Of a stretch of 64,000 bases of DNA, positions 55,860-63,985 are shown piece by piece (the stretch's first letter is position 1; each line of letters opens with the position of its first letter). The translations under genes were made by a program, and so were the position numbers. The stretch comes from a virus: positions 7,108 to 71,107 of IMG/VR virus record IMGVR_UViG_3300046791_000587. One strand, given 5' to 3'. The notes under the pieces were generated by a model, which saw only the letters and a list, made by a program, of their open reading frames with translations, was not told the DNA's origin and did no database searches.

Positions 55860-56141
55860 ATGGCGCTGTACCACGTGATCGGGGAGTTTCGGCCGGGCGT
55901 CGACATGGCCAAGTTCCAGGCAGCCATGAACCCGGCGGACAGTTGGTATCGCGTGTCCAATAATTCCTGGATTCTTTGCAGCCCAGGCGAGGGCGCCAAG
56001 GCATGGCAAGAGCGTCTCTCGCCGTATACGCAGCCCGACGGATGTCTGTTCGTCTCTCGTTTTGATACCGAGGAATATTACGGTGTAATGCCTACCGATT
56101 TCTGGGCATGGCTTAACACGCACAAGGAACACCGCCCGTGA
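55860..56141 (+). CDS. small alpha/beta hypothetical protein
   Basis: AAGGAGTTCAACGATG start context. Confidence 0.6.
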   Translation: MALYHVIGEFRPGVDMAKFQAAMNPADSWYRVSNNSWILCSPGEGAKAWQERLSPYTQPDGCLFVSRFDTEEYYGVMPTDFWAWLNTHKEHRP

Positions 56142-56509
56142 GACCGCCCCTCCGGTCGAAAGGAGCTCAGATGCGCATCGTTTCGGACTCGTACAGCGCG
56201 GTACGCGCTCGCAATAAGCGCGCCGCCAATAAGGAGGGCGGTCGCTGCATCAACGAGAACAAGAAGCGGACCCACGGCCCTCCGATGCCGGGCGGGGTGC
56301 GATGCGAAGCCTGCGACGCTACATACCGCAAGAGCGCGCATAGGAAGTCCCCCGTCCCTCGCAGCGCACCGCGCCCGGACGCCGCTGCGATAGCAAGGGC
56401 CGCTCGTCATTGGCTCCGGTCCGACCAAAGCCTCACGGCAGTGGCCGAACGCTTCGGCGTGAATCGGAGCGCCGTCTGGCACGCTGCCCAGAAGGAGGGG
56501 ATGGGATGA
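56138..56509 (+). CDS. Zn module plus HTH protein
   Basis: C...HGPP..GGVRCEAC; SLTAVAERFGVNRSAVW. Confidence 0.6.
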   Translation: MRPPLRSKGAQMRIVSDSYSAVRARNKRAANKEGGRCINENKKRTHGPPMPGGVRCEACDATYRKSAHRKSPVPRSAPRPDAAAIARAARHWLRSDQSLTAVAERFGVNRSAVWHAAQKEGMG

Positions 56510-56757
56510 GCGATTGCGCAGGATGGGAGGTCGTGTGCCCGGACGATCGGGTGCGCCACCTGCCGTATCACAACCTCGGCGATGCTCGCAGCCACGCACG
56601 CTTTGCGTCGAGGCCCGATTGGTTCGCGAAGCGCGGGTGTCGCCTCGCCCCAAACCCCGGACGGCTAGAACAATCTCAGCCTCCCTGCTCAGGCGGCGAG
56701 CACACCGTTCGCCCCGTCGTCGTTCAGCATGTGGGCGACGAGACAGGAGAGGCATGA
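56506..56757 (+). CDS. small Cys/His protein, paralog A
   Basis: GWEVVCPDDRVRHLPYHN. Confidence 0.6.
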   Translation: MSDCAGWEVVCPDDRVRHLPYHNLGDARSHARFASRPDWFAKRGCRLAPNPGRLEQSQPPCSGGEHTVRPVVVQHVGDETGEA

Positions 56758-56987
56758 CGCTGGCGTGCCACGGCTGGGAAATCGTCTGCCCAGACGGACG
56801 GGTGCGTCACTACCCATTTCATAACGAGGACGACGCGAAGGCTGATGCCATCCTCGCCAGATCCCAGCGCTGTCGACTGTGGAGCGAGCCGAGCGACCTC
56901 GAGACGAGTCAGCCGCCATGTCCCGAGGGTAAACACACCGTGAGGCCCATCGAGATGCATCGCCTGGCGATGCGCCCGTCCGCGTGA
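56754..56987 (+). CDS. small Cys/His protein, paralog B
   Basis: GWEIVCPDGRVRHYPFHN. Confidence 0.6.
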   Translation: MTLACHGWEIVCPDGRVRHYPFHNEDDAKADAILARSQRCRLWSEPSDLETSQPPCPEGKHTVRPIEMHRLAMRPSA

Positions 56988-57043
56988 CCGCCGAATCGTA
57001 CGGTGGTAGACTTTCCGGTCAAAAGGACAAAAGGAGTTCAACG

Positions 57044-57988
57044 ATGGGATTGCCTCATCCGATGACGTATGAGTTCGCCGTCGATGTGCCAGCCGCAACG
57101 CTCCGCGTGGAGGACATCACCGGTGCCTATGCGCGGTCTCGTGAACGCGCCATCAGCGCTGCCGGCCCCAGGGACAGCCACAAATGCCGTTACTGCGGCG
57201 TGGGATGGGTCCCATGGCCCGGAACGCAACTCGATGGTCATGCTCGCTGCATCGTAACCCCTGACTTCCAGGATGAGCTCTGGCGGCTATGGCTGGTGTC
57301 TCGCGAGTTATCCCTCTCCGTGGCATCCCGCCTGTGCGGGGTCCCGCATGGCTATATCAAGGCCTGGCTGGCCTATGCTGAGCGCCGTCATCGTCGTTCG
57401 CGAGAGAGCCCGAGATCGCCCAAGGGTCAACGTGGCGGGTCGAACCGACGCCCAGAACCGAGCCTGGTAACCCGAGTCCGTGCCTTATTCCATGCCAACC
57501 CGCTGTCATATTTCGCGTTGAGGGACGTCCCTGCGCATCTCGACATTCCAACCACCGTCGCCAGAGCGCGACAGGCGATCCGACGCCTTTGCGCCTCTGG
57601 GGAAGTTCTGCGTGTGCGCCACGGTATTTACGGGATCACTCCGCTCCCAACTGACACAGAGTGGTCGCCCAGCAGCCTATCCAGGCGCCCTGTATCGGAG
57701 ACGTATCAGGCAAACTACTGCCGCGACAAACGGGCCGCCAACAAGGCGGCAGGTCGCTGCAGAAATGACACGAAGAACCGCTCCCACGGGCCGCCAGTGG
57801 CGGGCGGCGTCTTGTGCGAATCCTGCCTGGAGGCCCGCCGCAAGCGCGAGACGAGAAGATCAATGAAGGCAACCTCTACTAAGCGGGCGGTCGACTCAGC
57901 ACATCGCCCTTCGCGTGTTACTCCGCCTTCTTCTTCCGCAGCAGCAGGAACGCCCCCACCGCCAGCCCCCCGACGAGCAGGATCGTAG
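57044..57988 (+). CDS. multi-module protein (Zn, HTH, wHTH, HGPP-Zn module)
   Basis: AAGGAGTTCAACGATG start; shares module with 56138-56509. Confidence 0.5.
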   Translation: MGLPHPMTYEFAVDVPAATLRVEDITGAYARSRERAISAAGPRDSHKCRYCGVGWVPWPGTQLDGHARCIVTPDFQDELWRLWLVSRELSLSVASRLCGVPHGYIKAWLAYAERRHRRSRESPRSPKGQRGGSNRRPEPSLVTRVRALFHANPLSYFALRDVPAHLDIPTTVARARQAIRRLCASGEVLRVRHGIYGITPLPTDTEWSPSSLSRRPVSETYQANYCRDKRAANKAAGRCRNDTKNRSHGPPVAGGVLCESCLEARRKRETRRSMKATSTKRAVDSAHRPSRVTPPSSSAAAGTPPPPAPRRAGS

Positions 57989-58181
57989 TCGTGCTGGGAC
58001 CGCTCTGCGCGGCCAGCGCCGCCTGCAGATCTCGGCCGCTCTGAGCGGCGGCGCCCTGCGCCTGCTGCGTCGCCCCGTAGACCTTGAGCGCATCGCCGGC
58101 CGCGCTGGTGATGGTGTCCCACCAGTCCCCCACCCCGGAATACCCGGTGCGAGCGATGAGGTCGTTTCTCATGTACGCCAT
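57918..58181 (-). CDS. candidate virion membrane protein (leader-GD family)
   Basis: YSGVGDW; C-terminal LLVGGLAVGAFLLLRKKK. Confidence 0.7.
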   Translation of the reverse strand: MAYMRNDLIARTGYSGVGDWWDTITSAAGDALKVYGATQQAQGAAAQSGRDLQAALAAQSGPSTTTILLVGGLAVGAFLLLRKKKAE

Positions 58182-58192
58182 GGTGGTCTCCT

Positions 58193-58621
58193 TCAGCGCC
58201 GCGACAGCATGACGGCGATCAGCACGGCGCCGCCGGCAAGCGCCAGCATCGTGCCGGTGGACATGCCGGTGCTCGCGCCCGGGACGATGACGGTCGTGGG
58301 CGGCGCGATGGCGCCGGTGATGGCCCGGGTGATGCTGTCCAGGATGCCCCCGCCGCCGCTGCTGGAGCTCGCCGACGACCCGGCCGGATGAGCGGGGTCG
58401 GGGTCGACCGAGTACCCTGGCGCACGGTAGGTGGACCCGTCGCTGTTGAACGTGGTGGTTCCGCCATCGGGCGTGGCGCAGTAGTTCCCGGGCTTTCGAT
58501 ACGGATCACCCAGGGGGATGGTTGAGCACTGATCGGCATCCGTGAAATCGCCCATGCCCATCAGGGCGCGCCGGCGCGGCATGACTCGAGAGGGAAGGCG
58601 GGGACGCTTGAAGTAGGCCAT
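58193..58621 (-). CDS. candidate virion membrane protein (leader-GD family)
   Basis: LMGMGDF; C-terminal LAGGAVLIAVMLSRR. Confidence 0.7.
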   Translation of the reverse strand: MAYFKRPRLPSRVMPRRRALMGMGDFTDADQCSTIPLGDPYRKPGNYCATPDGGTTTFNSDGSTYRAPGYSVDPDPAHPAGSSASSSSGGGGILDSITRAITGAIAPPTTVIVPGASTGMSTGTMLALAGGAVLIAVMLSRR

Positions 58622-58625
58622 GGGG

Positions 58626-58874
58626 TCACTCCTTGGACCAGAGCCAGTATGCCAGATAGGCGAGGCCGCCCCATAGCACGTACTGACCCAGCCCTGACGA
58701 GGGGGCGGGCGTCGGTGGTGACGGTGTCATCGGCATCACGCCGGATGGGACCGCGAAGGGCGGCGACGCCACGACCGCCACCGGCGAGATCCCCATGGTG
58801 TACGTCGCCGTGGACGTGGTGTCACCCATCGTCATGAACGAGGATCGCGGCGTCTTCCGCATGGTGTACGGCAT
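58626..58874 (-). CDS. candidate virion membrane protein (leader-GD family)
   Basis: FMTMGDT; C-terminal LWGGLAYLAYWLWSK. Confidence 0.7.
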   Translation of the reverse strand: MPYTMRKTPRSSFMTMGDTTSTATYTMGISPVAVVASPPFAVPSGVMPMTPSPPTPAPSSGLGQYVLWGGLAYLAYWLWSKE

Positions 58875-59161
58875 CACGCCCTCTTCTTGCGGGTGAAGTA
58901 GTAGAGCGCCAGGACCGCGCCTCCCGCGAGCACCATCTTCGTGGTGTCGCTCATCCCCTGATCGGCGGCGGGCCCGGTCGGCTGGGTGCCCAGCACGGGC
59001 GCGATCAGACCCGTGAGCCACGCCAGGGGGCCGCCGCCGGTTGGTGTGCTGGCGGTCGCCCCGCCCGCGGTGGGCGCTGGCGGAGGCGGGCACGTCGAGG
59101 GGTCGACCTGGCACGGATCGGTGACCGGACCATCCCCCATCCCCGGGCGGAAGTAGCTCAT
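58874..59161 (-). CDS. candidate virion membrane protein (leader-GD family)
   Basis: RPGMGDG; C-terminal LAGGAVLALYYFTRKKR. Confidence 0.7.
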   Translation of the reverse strand: MSYFRPGMGDGPVTDPCQVDPSTCPPPPAPTAGGATASTPTGGGPLAWLTGLIAPVLGTQPTGPAADQGMSDTTKMVLAGGAVLALYYFTRKKRA

Positions 59162-59757
59162 GGCGACCTCTTGCGGAAGAAGAGCAGGTACGCGGCGACC
59201 GCCGCCCCGCCCGCGATGAGCACGTTCCGCATGGTGTTGTCCGGCGCAGGGACCGGGAGCGGCGCGGCGCTGGAGTCGTCGAGGATCGGGATCGGCGGGA
59301 TGGCCACGGTCGCGGACGGCGGTCCCATGGCCACGCCGGTTCCGCCTGAACCCGATCCGCTCGAGGATGCCGCCCCGCCGCTCCTCACCGGCGGCATGGG
59401 CGCAGGCGCTGCTGCGGGCGGCGGGGTGTAGACTGGATCGATGAGCAGGGGATGGCTGGCGGACACATCGCTGATCACGGGAGGCAGCACCAGCACCGGC
59501 ATCGGTGGCTTCGGCGACTGCAATGGATTGGGGAGCTTGAGCGGCGGCGGCGCTGCCGGCCGCCAGGTCCACGCCGTCATTCTCGAGCTGGCGCTCGCGC
59601 CCAGGGACCCACGAGCCACGTTGGCCATGACACGATCACGAGCCTGCGTCGCCTGTACAACCCGGGCGTGGCGCCGCTGTCGGGCGGGTGATCCATCGGC
59701 CGACGCGATCGCTCCCACGCCGCGCGTCATGTAGTCGGGATCTCTCGTGTAGGCCAT
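59158..59757 (-). CDS. Pro-rich candidate virion membrane protein
   Basis: RGVGA/GSLGA; C-terminal IAGGAAVAAYLLFFRKR. Confidence 0.7.
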   Translation of the reverse strand: MAYTRDPDYMTRGVGAIASADGSPARQRRHARVVQATQARDRVMANVARGSLGASASSRMTAWTWRPAAPPPLKLPNPLQSPKPPMPVLVLPPVISDVSASHPLLIDPVYTPPPAAAPAPMPPVRSGGAASSSGSGSGGTGVAMGPPSATVAIPPIPILDDSSAAPLPVPAPDNTMRNVLIAGGAAVAAYLLFFRKRSP

Positions 59758-60137
59758 CAGTGATGCCCTCCGTGCCCGCCCCCGCCATGCCCACCACCGC
59801 CGTGGTGACCTCCTCCTCCTCCGTGATGGTGGCGACCGCCACCGCCCCCACCGATGATCCCTCCCCACGATGGGCCCCATCCCCAGTCAGGCCAGTAGGC
59901 GTCGTAGTTGTCGTCCGGCTGGACGATGACGACCGCTGGGACGATCGCGCTGGCGCCGGCTTGAGACGGATCCGCCGCCGCAACGATGTCCGCCGCCGAC
60001 GCGTCGCTCCCGGAGGACGAGGGCTTCGCTGCGGTGACCCCCGATGTCGCTGCAGCGGTCTGCGTTGCCTGCTTCTTGTAGAGGTAGTAGCCGACCGCCG
60101 CGGCACCACCCAGGAGCATGAGCGTCGAGGTCTTCAT
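59757..60137 (-). CDS. N-anchored membrane protein with Gly/His-rich tail
   Basis: LLGGAAAVGYYLYKK; GGGGGRHHHGGGGGHHGG. Confidence 0.65.
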   Translation of the reverse strand: MKTSTLMLLGGAAAVGYYLYKKQATQTAAATSGVTAAKPSSSGSDASAADIVAAADPSQAGASAIVPAVVIVQPDDNYDAYWPDWGWGPSWGGIIGGGGGGRHHHGGGGGHHGGGGHGGGGHGGHH

Positions 60138-60139
60138 GA

Positions 60140-60469
60140 TCACTTCCTCCCCAGCTCGTATCCGACCCACATCGGCAACCCGATGACGGCAGCGACGAGG
60201 ACCGGGTACACCCACTTGTTCTGCTGGGCGTAGACGTACCCGCGCAGCACCGGCAGGACGTTCTGGATCCACGGGCTGCCCAAGCCCGGGACCGTCTCCG
60301 CGCAGATCGGGACCGGCTGACCGCGGTCGATGGATTGGAGCTGCTGGATCCTGCACACCACCTCGGGCATGGCCGGATCGTTGGCGACGTCGAGCACCGT
60401 GCCGATGGTGCCGATGACGTCGCCCATCGCCTGGGATGGAAGCCGCTTTCGATATCGCTGGTAGCTCAT
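60140..60469 (-). CDS. candidate virion membrane protein (leader-GD family)
   Basis: SQAMGDV; C-terminal TM. Confidence 0.7.
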   Translation of the reverse strand: MSYQRYRKRLPSQAMGDVIGTIGTVLDVANDPAMPEVVCRIQQLQSIDRGQPVPICAETVPGLGSPWIQNVLPVLRGYVYAQQNKWVYPVLVAAVIGLPMWVGYELGRK

Positions 60470-60617
60470 GGTCCACCTTTGCTCGTGGGATCTCGCCTGA
60501 GGTCGCCCGTCGTTGGGCTGACGCCTTTTCCGGGGCTTGAGGTTTCACCGTGGGAAAGGAGACCGCGGTGCTCTCGTACGCCAGCTTGCATCGACGAGCG
60601 GCCTCAGGCGAGATCGA

Positions 60618-61220
60618 TCACGATCGTCCTTTCTTCTCGAAGGTGTGCTTGATGCCGAGCTTCTCCCATGCGAACCACGCGATGGCCACGACGCCGCCGA
60701 CCTTGAGCCAGAAGCCGTAGTCCGTGCACGCCCCCGCCTCGATGCAGGCCTTCTCTTCCTGATCCTTGGCCACGTCCGCTGCGCTCTTGATCGCGGTCGT
60801 GGCCACCAAAAGGAGCCCGCCGACGATGAGCACCGGCCACAGCCATGGGTGCCCACCCGCACTCAGGATGTTGCCGGTCGGCGACGGGCTCGAAACCGTG
60901 GACGCCCCGGTAAGGGCGATCTGCGCCAACTGCACGGCACCATCGGGATTGACCGACAGGTCGGGGCTGGGCAGCGACTGGCCGGGGAGCAGTGCAGAGA
61001 GGAGCGCGGACAGCCTGATGGCGAGATCCTGCTCGACCGCCAGGTCACGCTGGGCGACCACGCGCTGCGCGTAGGCCAGCGGCTTGCGCACCCTGGCGGT
61101 CCCGGCCATGACCCCATCGTTGATGGTCCGGTACTTGAGCCAGGACGCCAGGGCGCCCCGCATCTTGGCGAGCTCGGCGGCCGCCTGTTGGACTTCCTGC
61201 GTGGTGATGGCGGTCGTCAT
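60618..61220 (-). CDS. two-TM candidate virion membrane protein
   Basis: WLWPVLIVGGLLLV and FWLKVGGVVAIAWFAW. Confidence 0.65.
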   Translation of the reverse strand: MTTAITTQEVQQAAAELAKMRGALASWLKYRTINDGVMAGTARVRKPLAYAQRVVAQRDLAVEQDLAIRLSALLSALLPGQSLPSPDLSVNPDGAVQLAQIALTGASTVSSPSPTGNILSAGGHPWLWPVLIVGGLLLVATTAIKSAADVAKDQEEKACIEAGACTDYGFWLKVGGVVAIAWFAWEKLGIKHTFEKKGRS

Positions 61221-61729
61221 CGCTTGGGCTCCATGAGCCACCACGCCGCCAGGATCCCGGCAGCAAGGAGGATCGTTCCACTGGAAAGTCCGGTGTCGGT
61301 CACCACGCCGCCCGCGGCCGGCGGGATCCCGAGAGAGTCGGCGAGAGCCTGGAGGGTGCGAGTCACGTCGGTGAGGCGCCCCGTGACGAACCCGACCGGA
61401 TCGGCGAAACCAGCGTTCGCGGCAGTGATGGCCTGCTGGGACCCCACATCGTGAAACTGGTTGTACGCGTCGGTCGCGCGGCGCTGGTAGATCGTGAGCG
61501 CCATGGTGGCCAGCCCGATGTTCATCGGGAGGAGCGAGATCCCGAACATGGCCGGCGGGGCCGTGAACGGATCGGTCACAAACTGGTATCCCGACGGCGC
61601 GGTCTGTCCGAACCTGTTCACCTGGGCCACGAGGTCGCTCACCGTGGCATCGCCGCCGATGTCGCCCATGGCTCCGCCCGCGCCGCTCGCGCGGATTCCC
61701 GGACGACGATGCGGGGCGAGGTAGACCAT
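61217..61729 (-). CDS. candidate virion membrane protein (leader-GD family)
   Basis: GGAMGDI; C-terminal ILLAAGILAAWWLM. Confidence 0.7.
   Translation of the reverse strand: MVYLAPHRRPGIRASGAGGAMGDIGGDATVSDLVAQVNRFGQTAPSGYQFVTDPFTAPPAMFGISLLPMNIGLATMALTIYQRRATDAYNQFHDVGSQQAITAANAGFADPVGFVTGRLTDVTRTLQALADSLGIPPAAGGVVTDTGLSSGTILLAAGILAAWWLMEPKR
61275..61288. promoter_or_regulatory. GTTCCACTGGAAAG (parS-like candidate)
   Basis: Match to recurrent palindrome within a CDS. Confidence 0.55.
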
Positions 61730-62355
61730 CAGAGGTTCACGATGCGGAAGCCCGGGAAGTCGACGTGAAGCGTCCCCTGTGTCGGCGCGACCGCGCTGTT
61801 CCATGTGATCGCTTGGTAGATGGGCACGAAGTTCAGGGTGGCGTTCGGCGCCCATTGCACCGGCGACGGGAGCGGCACCACGTTGTCGGGCCGACTGAAC
61901 AGCGGGCCTCGGGGCGAGTTCTGGAACTGGCGCTGCGATCCGCCGTCGATGATCTCGTACTGCAGATCGATGATGTCGGTCGACACCACCTGCGTGGGCA
62001 GCGGGAATGTGGAGACCGGACGCCACCGGCCGAAGTTGGTGGTGTTGTCCGGCGCGTTCGGGAACCAGAGCACCAGCGGGTAGTGCGTCTGGATGAACGG
62101 GCCATCCTGGCTCACCGTGATGATCACGGGCGTGGCGCGCTTCCCCAAATCCGAGATAGTGAACGTCACCTCGCCGGACAGCGTGCTCTCGATCCACCGG
62201 CCGGGGATCTTGTTGATCTCGTCCCAGACGGTGTCCGGCTTGGTCTGCAGCCCGTTCACCTGCGCGATGAGCTGATTGACGGTGTTCTGTAGCAGTGTGA
62301 TCGCTGACTTGTGCGTGCGCACCGCTGCTTCAAGGACGTTCGGGGGCGTGGTCAT
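61729..62355 (-). CDS. candidate second jelly-roll capsid/vertex protein with N-terminal coiled coil
   Basis: ~160-aa beta-rich domain ending LHVDFPGFRI; directly downstream of the MCP candidate. Confidence 0.5.
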   Translation of the reverse strand: MTTPPNVLEAAVRTHKSAITLLQNTVNQLIAQVNGLQTKPDTVWDEINKIPGRWIESTLSGEVTFTISDLGKRATPVIITVSQDGPFIQTHYPLVLWFPNAPDNTTNFGRWRPVSTFPLPTQVVSTDIIDLQYEIIDGGSQRQFQNSPRGPLFSRPDNVVPLPSPVQWAPNATLNFVPIYQAITWNSAVAPTQGTLHVDFPGFRIVNL

Positions 62356-62489
62356 GTCTCCCTCTCGGGGTATCTCCCGGATGACCCGGGGTGGACTCAC
62401 CAGGGAAGCCCTGGTGGTGGTGAACTCGTGAACTCGGTATGGGTGCGCGGCGAGCCGGTCAGGGTCGCGCCGGGCGGCGCGGCGCTCAG

Positions 62490-63065
62490 TTACTGAACGT
62501 CGCGAGTTTGCAAACCGTCGAGCATGAACAGGATGTTCTTGATGTCGGTCTCGTCTCCGGTGTTGAGCCCGTTCAGCGCGCTCGTCGTGCCGATCGCGAA
62601 GAAGTCCGCCTGGGCGGCGAAGTTCTGGCGAACCGGCACGATGATCGGCCGTGCGAGCTTCAGGATCGACGCCTGCTCCGGGGTTCCGTGCGAGAAGATC
62701 GACGCCGTGGAGTCGAAGCCCCACACGCCGCCGCCCGCCGGGTAGTACCAGCACGGCGCCTGGAACATCGGCTTGGTGCCGACGACCAGGGTCCAGAACA
62801 GCTGGCTGGTCACGTTCAGGTAGTTGTCGCGACGGTTCGGGCCGTCGAAGAACATGAAGCAGCGCAGCGCCAGGATGACGTAGGTCTGATCCGACGCGAG
62901 CTGGCCGGCGGTCTGGAGGTTGGTCAGCGCCAGGTTGCCGATGTTGGCGTTGCCGAACAGCTTCGTGCTGTTCACGATCGGCGTCGTCGGATCGCCGGTG
63001 GTCCGGATGAGGGTGTCCCAGAGCGGCTGGTGCAGGCGCTCGCGGTATCCATGAAGACGAGGCAT
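62490..63065 (-). CDS. candidate single-jelly-roll major capsid protein
   Basis: 191 aa, beta-rich, strongly biased codons, TNLxxAGQL, YVILALR, LARPIIVP, MLDGLQTRDVQ; flanked by structured spacers. Confidence 0.55.
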   Translation of the reverse strand: MPRLHGYRERLHQPLWDTLIRTTGDPTTPIVNSTKLFGNANIGNLALTNLQTAGQLASDQTYVILALRCFMFFDGPNRRDNYLNVTSQLFWTLVVGTKPMFQAPCWYYPAGGGVWGFDSTASIFSHGTPEQASILKLARPIIVPVRQNFAAQADFFAIGTTSALNGLNTGDETDIKNILFMLDGLQTRDVQ

Positions 63066-63208
63066 CGAAGAGTTCCTTTGGTTACGTTTGATTCGGCGAC
63101 CCCGGAGGGATTTCCGCTGTCACCTGGCTGGAACCGCCAGCCACAACTCGTGAACTCGTTGTCGATCTCGTTGGGGAGTCAGCGGCGCACCGCGCGGCGC
63201 GCCCTCGC

Positions 63209-63985
63209 TCAGCCGCCCCCGCCGAACTTGCCGCCGAAGATGCCGGCGTACAGGTCCGCGGAGTTGTCGTATGCGTGCGTCACGGCCGGGATCTGCTTGG
63301 TGAAGCTCCTGGCCGGGATCGGGGCGATGAATGCCTGCGACGGTACCGGCTTGAGCATCCCCATGGACCCGCTGACGGGACCCGGCAGGCCACCCATCAG
63401 TACGTTGCCCAACTCCTCCTCCACGCCGAGTTCCTCCTCCACGCCCATGCCCAGTTCCTCCTCCACGCCATCCCCGCCGACCGCCACGTAGTCGGACAGC
63501 GTGATGCGCTCGTTCAGCGGGGGCGCGCCCCCGACCGCCACGTAGTCACCCATGTTGACGTACTCGCCGATGGCCGACTGGACGCTGGCCGGCGCGAACG
63601 CGTTCCAGAGGGACGCGAGCAGTTGGAACCCCGAGCCCAGCATGGCCGCCTCGCGGTGCCGTGACAGCGCCCCCACCTTCTTCGTGACGAAGTGCGTCAG
63701 GGCCAGCGACCCCAGCGAAAGGACCGGCCCCTGGAGCGTCCCCAGCGAGGACACCACAGGCAGCATCGGGCCGAACTTGTTGACGATCATCCGGTTCGCC
63801 AGGAAGGAGAGAGCGACCGGGATGGCGCGCTTGAGCTCGGTGAACAGATCACCGATGCCGGGGTTCCGCCGGTAGCGACGGTAGGAACGCCGACGCGAGC
63901 GCCGGTGGGACACACGACGCCGCGTGGAGTACCGACGACGGCGCGAATGGCTCCGCCTCCGCTTGCGCCGACGGCCCGGGTTCAT
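63209..63985 (-). CDS. Arg-rich membrane-associated core protein candidate
   Basis: Poly-Arg N-terminus, RRNPGIGD, hydrophobic helices, YVAVGG x2 and EEELG x3 repeats. Confidence 0.7.
   Translation of the reverse strand: MNPGRRRKRRRSHSRRRRYSTRRRVSHRRSRRRSYRRYRRNPGIGDLFTELKRAIPVALSFLANRMIVNKFGPMLPVVSSLGTLQGPVLSLGSLALTHFVTKKVGALSRHREAAMLGSGFQLLASLWNAFAPASVQSAIGEYVNMGDYVAVGGAPPLNERITLSDYVAVGGDGVEEELGMGVEEELGVEEELGNVLMGGLPGPVSGSMGMLKPVPSQAFIAPIPARSFTKQIPAVTHAYDNSADLYAGIFGGKFGGGG

Noticed and set aside
63396-63550. EEELG and YVAVGG DNA repeats as a non-coding array
   Set aside because: They are in-frame protein repeats within the Arg-rich ORF.
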